Virus record (IMG/VR): IMGVR_UViG_3300005337_000441 | Coordinates: 1-64,000 of that record | DNA length: 64,000 nucleotides | Strand: one strand, 5' to 3' | Shown here: piece by piece, positions 19,308 to 27,580 of the stretch | Layout: the number at the start of each line of letters is the position of its first letter | How positions within the stretch are numbered: position 1 is the first letter of the stretch | The notes under the pieces: model-generated | What the model was told of the DNA's origin: nothing | The model's database searches: none | The model's input: the letters and a program-made list of their open reading frames with translations, nothing else | Translations under genes and position numbers: made by a program

Positions 19308-19976
19308 ATGGCAGGCAATCGTCAAGCCGCAGAGGCATTCATCCTGAGGTTCATTGACAAGCTGGCGCCTGGCACCAGCAACGCTCAGAACTACAAGGAT
19401 GCCTTTGCGGGGATGAACGACAAGGAATTCGAAGCCTTCATCAACCGACTGGCGAGCGGTGAAGAGTTCCTTGTTCTCATCATGCCCAACTTCGCAAAGA
19501 TCGAGCTCGACGTCGAACGCAACTTCGCCATCGGTGACGAACTCGGACACAACTTCTTCCAGAAACTCTGGATTGAAGGCAAAGACGGGATGCCCACGTA
19601 CCAAACGCCCATCCCCTACCTGGTGCTGGATCTGCCACTGCGACGTGCCTCGCAGCTGCTGACCAAAAAGCGTTCGGTGCCGCAGCACAACCGAGTGATC
19701 GACGCCCTCACGGGCCAGCCCACGGGTGAATCCAAGGGCGCGAAGATCTCCTACCCTGAACTGCAAGTGCTCTCGGCCATGGGCATGGATGCATCTCTCG
19801 TGGAACTGATGAAGTACCGCGGGGGTGACGACAAGGGACGTGCGGCCATGGTGGGACAGTTGTCTCGCTTTGGCACGACCAATCTCAAATCGCTGCAGCC
19901 TTTTGCCAGTGGTGTGAAGTCCACGCAAACGCTCAAGACCTTCCTGACCGCCGCTCACCTGAAGAGCACGCTCTAA
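19308..19976 (+). CDS. rpoB: Virion RNA polymerase beta-subunit C-terminal fragment (phiKZ gp149-like)
   Basis: DALTGQPTGESKGAKISYPELQVLSAMG aligns with the beta C-terminal GQRFGEMEVWALEAYG region; synteny. Confidence 0.75.
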   Translation: MAGNRQAAEAFILRFIDKLAPGTSNAQNYKDAFAGMNDKEFEAFINRLASGEEFLVLIMPNFAKIELDVERNFAIGDELGHNFFQKLWIEGKDGMPTYQTPIPYLVLDLPLRRASQLLTKKRSVPQHNRVIDALTGQPTGESKGAKISYPELQVLSAMGMDASLVELMKYRGGDDKGRAAMVGQLSRFGTTNLKSLQPFASGVKSTQTLKTFLTAAHLKSTL

Positions 19977-19983
19977 CAAGCCC

Positions 19984-20703
19984 ATGGCTCAAGACTCGAT
20001 TTACTCAACCATGTACGTGGAGCTTGACTGCTTGCTGGACACCCGGCTCGCAACGCTTTACGTCATGGGTGAACAGTACTGTGACAGAGCCTTCAAAGCC
20101 AAGTATCACGAGCGGATCAGCGATCTGCTCCCTGGTATCTCCTACGAAGAGTTCTCTGCTGCATACGCCAAACGCAACAAACAAACACTCAAGCACGCAA
20201 TGATGACGCCTGTGGGTGTCATGATGCGTGACTTTGCACAAAAGACAACGGAGAACACTCTCAATTCTCCGCATCACCACGTTCCCAAGATCGTGCTCAA
20301 CGTCTACCCGTATGAACTGGATGACGATGAGCGGATGGTTTTGGCTCGTACTGTCAGGAGCATCACGCTCAGCCTGGCGGACGTCGAGGTGATTCGTCGT
20401 GAACCCAAAGACGTCACACCGCTGTACGTCAAACACAACCTCACCACCTTGGTGATGTACCGCTACGACGAGTGGCTGGAGTTGCATTGCGCCAACGGAC
20501 TCTTCAAGAAGACGTCTGCGCCCGATGTTGCGCTACTCGCTCCGAGGGTGTACTTCAAAAAGCCTGACGCGACCCCAGCGCCTGGCGAGGATCCGTTTCG
20601 CAGCATGGAAGAGATGGCGTCGCCGCTCATCAACCTGCACCTGCTTCCCGCCAATGTGTTCTCGATCATCGTCAATCCCAGTCAGACAGCAAAACAAGCA
20701 TAG
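19984..20703 (+). CDS. Conserved hypothetical protein, HAD-like N-terminus
   Basis: YVELDCLLDTR resembles a degenerate DxD HAD motif. Confidence 0.55.
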   Translation: MAQDSIYSTMYVELDCLLDTRLATLYVMGEQYCDRAFKAKYHERISDLLPGISYEEFSAAYAKRNKQTLKHAMMTPVGVMMRDFAQKTTENTLNSPHHHVPKIVLNVYPYELDDDERMVLARTVRSITLSLADVEVIRREPKDVTPLYVKHNLTTLVMYRYDEWLELHCANGLFKKTSAPDVALLAPRVYFKKPDATPAPGEDPFRSMEEMASPLINLHLLPANVFSIIVNPSQTAKQA

Positions 20704-20737
20704 TCAGGCGCTGCGTGAGCAGGCCTGACTATGCAGT
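20698..20737. terminator. Bidirectional hairpin with flanking conserved motif
   Basis: GCATAGTCAGGC-GCTGC-GTGA-GCAG-GCCTGACTATGCAGT; upstream stop codon lies inside the stem. Confidence 0.75.
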
Positions 20738-20740
20738 AGT

Positions 20741-21139
20741 TCATGCAGATTTGGCGGGGTTCATGATGTCGTCAAGCTGCAGCGTTTGCACGCCGATGTG
20801 TGCTTCGCCTTCCACCGGGATGAAAGGCACGTCCGTCGGCAGCGACGGCATGGACGTGCGTTGCAGATCTGCAGGACGCGCCGTGACGCGACGCAACATC
20901 TCAGCAACCATGGCCGTGGCCGTGGCGTTGTTCTTGGCGTTGGCATCGTCGGACTTGATCTTGGCCTTGGTGAGGTTCACCTTGTCCATGCCGTCCAGTG
21001 CCTTCATGAGGAACGCACGGTTTTCTTCCGACTCCGGAATCTTGCCGTCCTTCATCATCTCGGTGATGATCTGTCCCCGGATGTTTTGAGTCCGCTCAAG
21101 TTGAGCTTTCTCGACATCGGTAAAAAGCTCGTTGGCCAT
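20741..21139 (-). CDS. Hypothetical protein (likely start MANELF, 132 aa)
   Basis: AAGGA RBS precedes ATG at 21139; the longer start at 21178 lacks an RBS. Confidence 0.6.
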   Translation of the reverse strand: MANELFTDVEKAQLERTQNIRGQIITEMMKDGKIPESEENRAFLMKALDGMDKVNLTKAKIKSDDANAKNNATATAMVAEMLRRVTARPADLQRTSMPSLPTDVPFIPVEGEAHIGVQTLQLDDIMNPAKSA

Positions 21140-21168
21140 GATGGGTATCCTTTTTAGAAAGACCTTTC

Positions 21169-21182
21169 GGTCACTCATACTT
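21169..21182 (+). promoter_or_regulatory. Candidate phage promoter motif TCAC-WY-ATACTT
   Basis: GGTCACTCATACTT, 2 mismatches from the copies at 46752 and 61002; 35 nt upstream of ORF 21217. Confidence 0.5.
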
Positions 21183-21216
21183 CAATTGACTTGCTAGCAG
21201 AATCGGGAGCATCCGC

Positions 21217-21732
21217 ATGCTTCGAATCCTTCGGGATCTCCGTGCACGCTTGACTGCTCGCCTTCGAACGTCTCCACCTGTTCAGCTCGAACCGCCTCCG
21301 ACTCCAAAGAACGAGATCGAAGAGCTGATCGACAAATGGAGATCCATCGAGCCCGCTAGGCTAAATGGGGTTTTCTCATCAGATATGTCCATTTTTAAGG
21401 TACATCTCTGCAAGACAACCGTTCAGGAGTACGTGAAACATCTGAACTTTGTGATCGGCTTTTTCGAAAGAGATGTCGATCTACATGCGCAGACACTCGT
21501 CTTCCAAGGCACGCTCGTCTACCTGCGTGACTTCTTTATCAGCGATAAAGGTTTCTATCTCGACCCAGTTGAGGAAAGCGCGGCGCTCCAAGAAAGAGCT
21601 ATCGCGTTCCTGAACCACTACAACCAAGCGAGGACTCGTGTAGATCCGTCCTTCCCCCAACAACGAAATGTCTCCCTCACTAAACACTTGGTGAGCGAGC
21701 TTAACCAGCTGGCCGAAGTTCTTCAACTATGA
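21217..21732 (+). CDS. Hypothetical protein (171 aa)
   Basis: GGGAG RBS; overlaps next ORF by 4 nt (ATGA). Confidence 0.6.
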   Translation: MLRILRDLRARLTARLRTSPPVQLEPPPTPKNEIEELIDKWRSIEPARLNGVFSSDMSIFKVHLCKTTVQEYVKHLNFVIGFFERDVDLHAQTLVFQGTLVYLRDFFISDKGFYLDPVEESAALQERAIAFLNHYNQARTRVDPSFPQQRNVSLTKHLVSELNQLAEVLQL

Positions 21733-22448
21733 GCCTTAAAGACGTTATCAAACCCTACGGTGAAGACATCACCACAGGTATGCCTGACAGCATCCTGTCG
21801 GGTTTGTATCGAACGGTGCTGAAGGACTTGGGGATCGAGGAGACTCGGTTCATCACCCAGGTCAACAAGTACATCCAAAAACGAGAAACTACCGGCGAAA
21901 CGAAAGACGTCTCCAGCGTGAAGGGTACGCTGCGCAACGAGCTTTTGAAGTCTGTCATGACATGGAAGGTCTTTACCAAAGGTCTTCAGGTGATCAACGT
22001 CGCCACATGTCAGATCGGCGTTGAGGTGTATTTCAACGACAAAAGGAGAAGCCCTGTGGCCGTCACGAAGACGCTGCACCTGCTCACACCACGAGGAGAA
22101 GATATTGCCCGAGACGACACATTCCTCTCCGGTTTGTTTCGGGATCTGATGTTCGCCATGGGCACGTCCCACGAGCGGTTTGCGGAGTTGCTTGCGCTGT
22201 ACGTACGCCGAGCCGGAATTCCTGCAAACTTGAAGGAGCTCGCCAGTGCTCGCGGCAACATCAAAAAGGAGCTCTTCAGTCCCAAGATGACCTGGAAGGT
22301 GTTCATCAAGGGTTTGGTGCTTCTGGACGTGTCGGAGTTCATCTTTGCGGTTAGGTTGGATCACCGCAGAGGCGACAGCACGATTCACAGGCGCTCCATC
22401 ATCTTGGACCAGATGACGGATGAGACAGGGGACGGCGATGAGGAATAA
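21729..22448 (+). CDS. Hypothetical protein built from two tandem ~110-aa repeats
   Basis: LSGL[YF]R...RF...MTWKVF.KGL occurs twice. Confidence 0.7.
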   Translation: MSLKDVIKPYGEDITTGMPDSILSGLYRTVLKDLGIEETRFITQVNKYIQKRETTGETKDVSSVKGTLRNELLKSVMTWKVFTKGLQVINVATCQIGVEVYFNDKRRSPVAVTKTLHLLTPRGEDIARDDTFLSGLFRDLMFAMGTSHERFAELLALYVRRAGIPANLKELASARGNIKKELFSPKMTWKVFIKGLVLLDVSEFIFAVRLDHRRGDSTIHRRSIILDQMTDETGDGDEE

Positions 22449-22462
22449 GGACGACGGATAAC

Positions 22463-23104
22463 ATGAACGCTGAAGTGAAATCACCTCAAGATGCAGCGAA
22501 AGCGGGCGGGAATAATTCCAATCTCGCTGTATCTGATGAACCCACCTTACATCCAATCGTTGAACTGATCGTTCAGTCCTTCGATTACGAGTACGTGCGC
22601 AAAGGTTTGTATTTGCAGGCGACTGCAAGTCCGAACCCCGAACCCGATGCCGCTCCTGATCCAGGGATCAAGGCGCTCGGCATGGAGTACTACTCGCTGT
22701 ATTTGGGTGCGAACTTTTTCACGTTCTTCACGGGAAGAAGTCTCGACCAACTCACTACAACGTTCTTCACAAAAGAATTAATCCGGGACTTTCACTTGAA
22801 CTTCACTGAGCGTGTCTCGGTGGGGATTTCGTGTCTGCCGGGAGCCGACATGGATGCGTTCATCGATGGAGTTGTTGCAGCCATCACACGTACCAAGCCG
22901 GATCCTGAATCGCCCGACCTCAACAGCCTCGTCAACAAAGAGACCATCCAAAGTCTCTACCAGTCCCCGGAAGTCCTCAAGAAACTCCTCAAGAGCGACC
23001 TCTGGCTTGTCACCTTGTATGTGTTGTTAGTCAATTTCCAGCACACCAACGTCTTTTCGGAATTCATCTCACCTGTGGCGAGGAACCCACGGTCGAGAAC
23101 CTGA
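22463..23104 (+). CDS. Hypothetical protein (213 aa)
   Basis: ORF in operon. Confidence 0.6.
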   Translation: MNAEVKSPQDAAKAGGNNSNLAVSDEPTLHPIVELIVQSFDYEYVRKGLYLQATASPNPEPDAAPDPGIKALGMEYYSLYLGANFFTFFTGRSLDQLTTTFFTKELIRDFHLNFTERVSVGISCLPGADMDAFIDGVVAAITRTKPDPESPDLNSLVNKETIQSLYQSPEVLKKLLKSDLWLVTLYVLLVNFQHTNVFSEFISPVARNPRSRT

Positions 23105-23154
23105 ACTGAATTCCCCCAACGAAATACACACACTTGAAAAACGGAGATCCAACC

Positions 23155-24117
23155 ATGTCCACCAAGCCCGCTGCACGTGGTCCCATGTTCGAAAAACTGT
23201 CGCAACTGCGTCCGCAGGTCTCGCGGAACAATCAAGGTCGCGGCAATCGTGGTGGTTTCCACGACCCCGTGCCCTCCCCGATGAAGTGGCAAGCCGACGG
23301 CGTTGACCACATCAACATCTGGGAAGACGGTTCGACCGAACTCGGCAAGGCCCTGTCGCATCGCTACAAGTTGGACTTCACCAACTCGGTGTTCGGCCCC
23401 TTCACCACGATGGAAGCCTTCGACCGCTATGTCCAGTCCGAAGAGCGCGACGATCGTCTGCGCCGCCTGACCGACAAGCCGCTGAAGAACTTCGCGGAGA
23501 AGCTGACGTTCCGCCAGGTGACGAACTTCAAGGCGATCAACATGGACGCCAACTACCAGCGCATCAAGCAGTACAAGCCGCTGGTGGACGAGATGATCGC
23601 ATCCACGCTGCCCTTCGACGTCTACTACGTCGCGCGCGACAACGGAATGCGCATCCGCCCGCCTCGCCACGCCTGGTTCATCGCCGGCATGGAGGAGATC
23701 CGCAAGGCCCTGAAGGAAGGCCGTGAACCCGACTTCACCTTCTTGCTCGACAAGAAGAAGTCGAAGATCTACGAGTTCGCGATCGATCCCAACATGGTCA
23801 AGGCGGCCGAAGCGGCCAAGGTGGCGAAGCAGCAGGAACCCAAGAAGGAACCCGCCAAGTCGTCACTGCTGTCCAAGGTGAGCGAGCAAGAAGCCGCGCA
23901 ACGTCAGGCCCAAGAGGGTGGCACTGTCGCTGCGGCCGTGAACGAGCCCGTGGTCGAGACCCCGGCACCGACTGTCGCGCAGACCCCTGCAGCGCCGGCC
24001 GAGCCCGTGGCACGTGTTGACGAGAGCGTCGACAATGTGGCACTGTCTCCGATCGAAGCGGCCGTTCAAGGCGAACAAGAAGCGCAAGAGTCTGCGCAAC
24101 CCGTCGTCGCGGGCTAA
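23155..24117 (+). CDS. NADAR-like domain protein with acidic Ala/Pro-rich disordered tail
   Basis: DHINIW...LGKALSH...F....GPFTTMEAF...STLPFDVYY resembles the T4 gp30.3/NADAR ALSNF..PF...G..F..LEGF pattern. Confidence 0.45.
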   Translation: MSTKPAARGPMFEKLSQLRPQVSRNNQGRGNRGGFHDPVPSPMKWQADGVDHINIWEDGSTELGKALSHRYKLDFTNSVFGPFTTMEAFDRYVQSEERDDRLRRLTDKPLKNFAEKLTFRQVTNFKAINMDANYQRIKQYKPLVDEMIASTLPFDVYYVARDNGMRIRPPRHAWFIAGMEEIRKALKEGREPDFTFLLDKKKSKIYEFAIDPNMVKAAEAAKVAKQQEPKKEPAKSSLLSKVSEQEAAQRQAQEGGTVAAAVNEPVVETPAPTVAQTPAAPAEPVARVDESVDNVALSPIEAAVQGEQEAQESAQPVVAG

Positions 24118-24144
24118 AGACTCCGAGTCATTGAACTCCTAAGG

Positions 24145-24198
24145 TAGAGCACCAGGGCGACTTCGGTCCCCTGGTGCTCTATGCTGTTTTCTTTTTTT
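24145..24198 (+). terminator. Hairpin terminator followed by TATGCTGT
   Basis: TAGAGCACCAGGG..TTCG..CCCTGGTGCTCTATGCTGTTTT. Confidence 0.75.
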
Positions 24199-24245
24199 GC
24201 CGTGGTGGAATCCAATTCTATGATAACTGGTACTGTGGAGTACTC

Positions 24246-25304
24246 ATGACCATTTCTGCAAAGCGCTTTACGTTCCTCGACCAAGAGACGAACGTTCCGC
24301 TGTCTGACTTCTACGATCCGGGCACCTCGGACATCTTCAACTCGCCTCAGGCGGTGGCCAACGAGATCGATACCGATCTGGCCGAGTTCCTGGAAAAGAG
24401 CTTCGGGCAACCGAACATCAACATCAACCAGCTGACGTCTGACCAGTCGTCCAAACTGCGCGTGGCCAAAGACGCCTTCAGCTCGCTGAAGGACATCGGC
24501 AGCTTCAGCCAAAAGGACATCGACAAGGCGGTGATCGGGATGTTCCCCGGCAACCCCACGGCACAAGCCGCCTACAAGGCGCTGGGCCAGTGTCGCACGT
24601 CGCCTTTCGGCCGTCACAACTACGGTCGTCCTTATGACCCCAAGCTGGACTGCAACAGCCGCAATCGTCGCGGCAGGTACGGGGCATGTAACGCATCGGG
24701 CTTCAACAACATCCTGGACAAGCTGACCAATGGTCAGTACTCCGGCAAGTACAAGGACCTCAACCAATCGCTGGCCAACCTTGTGGCTCTGGCCACACAA
24801 GGCTACAGCATGAACATGTGCGGTGTCTTCGGTGCGCTTTCTGGCGACATGGAAGGCTACGTGAAGTCTCGTGGGGCAGCGATGATGCTGGGTACGCTCG
24901 GCACCACCGGCAACCTGCGCGGCATGTTCGATCTGTCGGGGGCGATGGCTGGTATGGGTCCGAGCGTCATGCGTGAGATTCCCAACGGTATCTCCGGTGT
25001 GCTCAACAACTTCCAGCGTCCTTTCGATGCCCGGGAGTCGGAATACTCCACGCTCAACGAAACCACGTTCGAATCGCTGGAGAACTTCGACGGCAAATGG
25101 AACGTGAGTGATTTCGACGATGTGGTCTCGACCAAGAACTCGACCGTCTACTCGGACGACTTGAGCGACATCATGCGCGGCGACGCCATGAACTACAACG
25201 TTGACGAGGACGATCTGGATAGCATTCCGTTGTCCACCAACAATGACATGCGTTGCGGCATCCTCTCCTCTGCATCGAGCTTTGCAGGTGGTTTCTTCGG
25301 TTGA
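24246..25304 (+). CDS. Putative virion structural protein (352 aa)
   Basis: GGAG RBS before ATG 24246; convergent with gp182-like gene as in phiKZ-like phages. Confidence 0.55.
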   Translation: MTISAKRFTFLDQETNVPLSDFYDPGTSDIFNSPQAVANEIDTDLAEFLEKSFGQPNININQLTSDQSSKLRVAKDAFSSLKDIGSFSQKDIDKAVIGMFPGNPTAQAAYKALGQCRTSPFGRHNYGRPYDPKLDCNSRNRRGRYGACNASGFNNILDKLTNGQYSGKYKDLNQSLANLVALATQGYSMNMCGVFGALSGDMEGYVKSRGAAMMLGTLGTTGNLRGMFDLSGAMAGMGPSVMREIPNGISGVLNNFQRPFDARESEYSTLNETTFESLENFDGKWNVSDFDDVVSTKNSTVYSDDLSDIMRGDAMNYNVDEDDLDSIPLSTNNDMRCGILSSASSFAGGFFG

Positions 25305-25355
25305 CAGCAAAAGACCCCCGGGGACCGCAAGGCCTCCGGGGGTCTATGCCGTCTA
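25302..25355. terminator. Bidirectional hairpin with flanking conserved motif
   Basis: TGACAGCAAAAGACCCCCGG...CCGGGGGTCTATGCCGTCTA; both stop codons abut the element. Confidence 0.8.
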
Positions 25356-27497
25356 CTGGATCGTGCCAGCGGAAACTTCAGGTTGTCTCACGAAGGCTTC
25401 GAGCACGTGACCCGCGCCCAACGTGACGTATTGCAGCACACCTGCGGTGGCCGAGTCATGCACCATCGACGCCCAGAAAGCGGGCGAGGTGAGTTTGCCT
25501 GCGTTGGCAATGGCCTTGGCAATGCGCAGCTTTGCTTTGGGCATGGCATACAGCTGTGTGTACAGGTCTTGACCTGCAAGCACTGCCAGGTAGTCCGCCA
25601 GGATGTTGTCTTCGTCCAGACCCGCGTCACCACCGAAGAGCTCGCCCGTGGAGATGGGCATGTGCACAATGGAGGACAGATCCACCACCGTGAACTGCAC
25701 ATCGATCGCCATGGCGTTGCCCTTGACGTCAAACGCCAGGTGACTGACACCACGGTTCACGGACAAAGACTCGACCATGCCGAGCTTGATCTGCTGACGA
25801 CCCTTGTCGAAGACCTGACACAGGAAAGGCGGTCCGTAAGACTGCTTGCCTGTGGAGCGCGGCAAAGCCGCTGCAAGGATCATCGCCAGCGGGATGTAGA
25901 TGTTCATCATCTGCGAAATCACGTTCCCGTACGGGCTCATGAGATGCATCTTGTACGTAGAGCGTGAAAGACTCGACGACGAACTTTGCCAGTGTTTGGG
26001 GATGTCGAGGTAGCCTGAGCCACCCAGACCTGCCAAGAGGTTGCTAAAGCCCATGGTGACGCCATCCAGCGCGCCCAGGGCCACGTCCTTCACGGCACCC
26101 GCCACGGCGCCCACCGTCGCACCGGCCACGCCACCGATGATGTTGCCATCAGCGAAAGCGAAACGCGCCTGACGCATCTCGGAGGATTGGCTGTTGAGCT
26201 TCTGGGAGATCTGCGATTCCATCACCGCGTTGGTGAACGAATCGTTTTGAGCTCCGGTGTGTTCCACCTTGAAGACTGCGAACTGTGAACCGTCACGGAA
26301 CTCTGCGTCGAAGAAGTTCCAGAACGACGTGAACGTCGTGGGATCCTTCTTGGCCTTGGGGTCCGGGTTGTTCGGATCCACGCGGGGATCTTGTTCCATG
26401 CGAGGATTGTTGTCCTTGGACTCGTAGTACTCACCGAACGTGAGCACCCGGTTGATATAGGACATGAACGTCGCAGGCTTGCTCGGATTCAGGTACGTGG
26501 TGTGCGTGCCGCTGCCGGTCAACTGCTTCTGCAGGTAACCGGTGTAGTCGGTTGCCGAGCCTTGGTTCAGGCGGTCGTAGTCTTCGAGAAACGCTTGGTT
26601 GGCCAGACGCTGTGCGCGATTGGCCAGGGCGTAGATGTCGAAGTAGTTCGCTGCCGATTTCTTGTCCAGGATGGAAGGCGGGAACACGTCCGGCATCATC
26701 TTGGAGAGCTCGTTGTAGTACTCTTGGTCCAGCGTGTACGGCTGACCCAGGCGCTGCCCCTTCGTGGCGTCGTCCGCCATGATCTTGGGGAAGATGCCCT
26801 TGTTGATCGCGATGTTGTTCACGAGCTGGTTGACTGCGCCCCAGTACGTGTGCATCGTGGGCTTGAGCGTGTAGAACTTGCTCGTCGGGCGCGAGAAGAT
26901 CCAGTTGAGCAACTGTGCGCCTGCCACGAGTGCAGCCACCGCAGGGAAGGCCACCACCACCGTGATGGTGCCCGCGAGCTTGCCCAAGTTGTAGAACGCA
27001 CTCGTTGCGCGACCTGTGCGCACCAGCGCCGTGTCGTCAGCGGAGAACGCTTTGGACAGGAATGTGGAGAGAGAGTTGAACTGCTCCACACCGAAGCGCA
27101 TGTAGATGGTCTGTGCCGGATCATCGATGGCTTCGCTGTAGTAGCGACCCATGCCGAAGTTGCCCGACGTCGCGGTGGGCGACACGTCGTTGCGACCCGA
27201 GACACGACCCTTGGCACGGATGTCGCTGTAGCGGGTGAACTGCGGTTTGGGGTTGATACCGATATTGCAACCGAGCCTGGCGTCGGTGAACTTCGCATCT
27301 GCCGAAGACCAGTAGCGGTTGGCGACGTCGTTCGGATCGTCCAGACTGTTGTCAGAAATCAGGAACGCATTCTTGGCCCAGCTGTTGTCCAGGTGAAAGG
27401 CCAAGGGATCGGTCTTGAGTTGGTCCTCGAACGCAGTGATCGGGACACCCTCTTGACTCGTGATGATGGGCCTGATGCCACCAGCGGTGGATGTCAT
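25353..27497 (-). CDS. Tail/baseplate hub protein (phiKZ gp182-like, 714 aa)
   Basis: NP.PQFTRYSD, GMGRYYSEAIDD, YMRFGV..FNSL..F, ALPRSTG..SYG.PF motifs; directly downstream of gp181-like gene. Confidence 0.7.
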   Translation of the reverse strand: MTSTAGGIRPIITSQEGVPITAFEDQLKTDPLAFHLDNSWAKNAFLISDNSLDDPNDVANRYWSSADAKFTDARLGCNIGINPKPQFTRYSDIRAKGRVSGRNDVSPTATSGNFGMGRYYSEAIDDPAQTIYMRFGVEQFNSLSTFLSKAFSADDTALVRTGRATSAFYNLGKLAGTITVVVAFPAVAALVAGAQLLNWIFSRPTSKFYTLKPTMHTYWGAVNQLVNNIAINKGIFPKIMADDATKGQRLGQPYTLDQEYYNELSKMMPDVFPPSILDKKSAANYFDIYALANRAQRLANQAFLEDYDRLNQGSATDYTGYLQKQLTGSGTHTTYLNPSKPATFMSYINRVLTFGEYYESKDNNPRMEQDPRVDPNNPDPKAKKDPTTFTSFWNFFDAEFRDGSQFAVFKVEHTGAQNDSFTNAVMESQISQKLNSQSSEMRQARFAFADGNIIGGVAGATVGAVAGAVKDVALGALDGVTMGFSNLLAGLGGSGYLDIPKHWQSSSSSLSRSTYKMHLMSPYGNVISQMMNIYIPLAMILAAALPRSTGKQSYGPPFLCQVFDKGRQQIKLGMVESLSVNRGVSHLAFDVKGNAMAIDVQFTVVDLSSIVHMPISTGELFGGDAGLDEDNILADYLAVLAGQDLYTQLYAMPKAKLRIAKAIANAGKLTSPAFWASMVHDSATAGVLQYVTLGAGHVLEAFVRQPEVSAGTIQ

Positions 27498-27519
27498 TCA
27501 GAGTCCTCCAAAAAGAAAA

Positions 27520-27570
27520 CATAGGTAATGAGACCGGAGCCCGAGAGCTCCGGTCTCACTTAGGCTGTCA
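27520..27570 (-). terminator. Hairpin between gp181-like and gp182-like genes, flanked by motif variant and TATG
   Basis: TGAGACCGGAGC/GCTCCGGTCTCA stem; minus strand reads TGACAGCCTA before the stem and TATG-TTTTCTTTTT after it. Confidence 0.65.
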
Positions 27571-27580
27571 TAGGATGACT

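Noticed and set aside
21140-21178. N-terminal extension MSDRKVFLKRIPI of the 20741 ORF
   Set aside because: No RBS; the downstream ATG at 21139 has AAGGA, and the stretch hosts the promoter motif for the opposite strand
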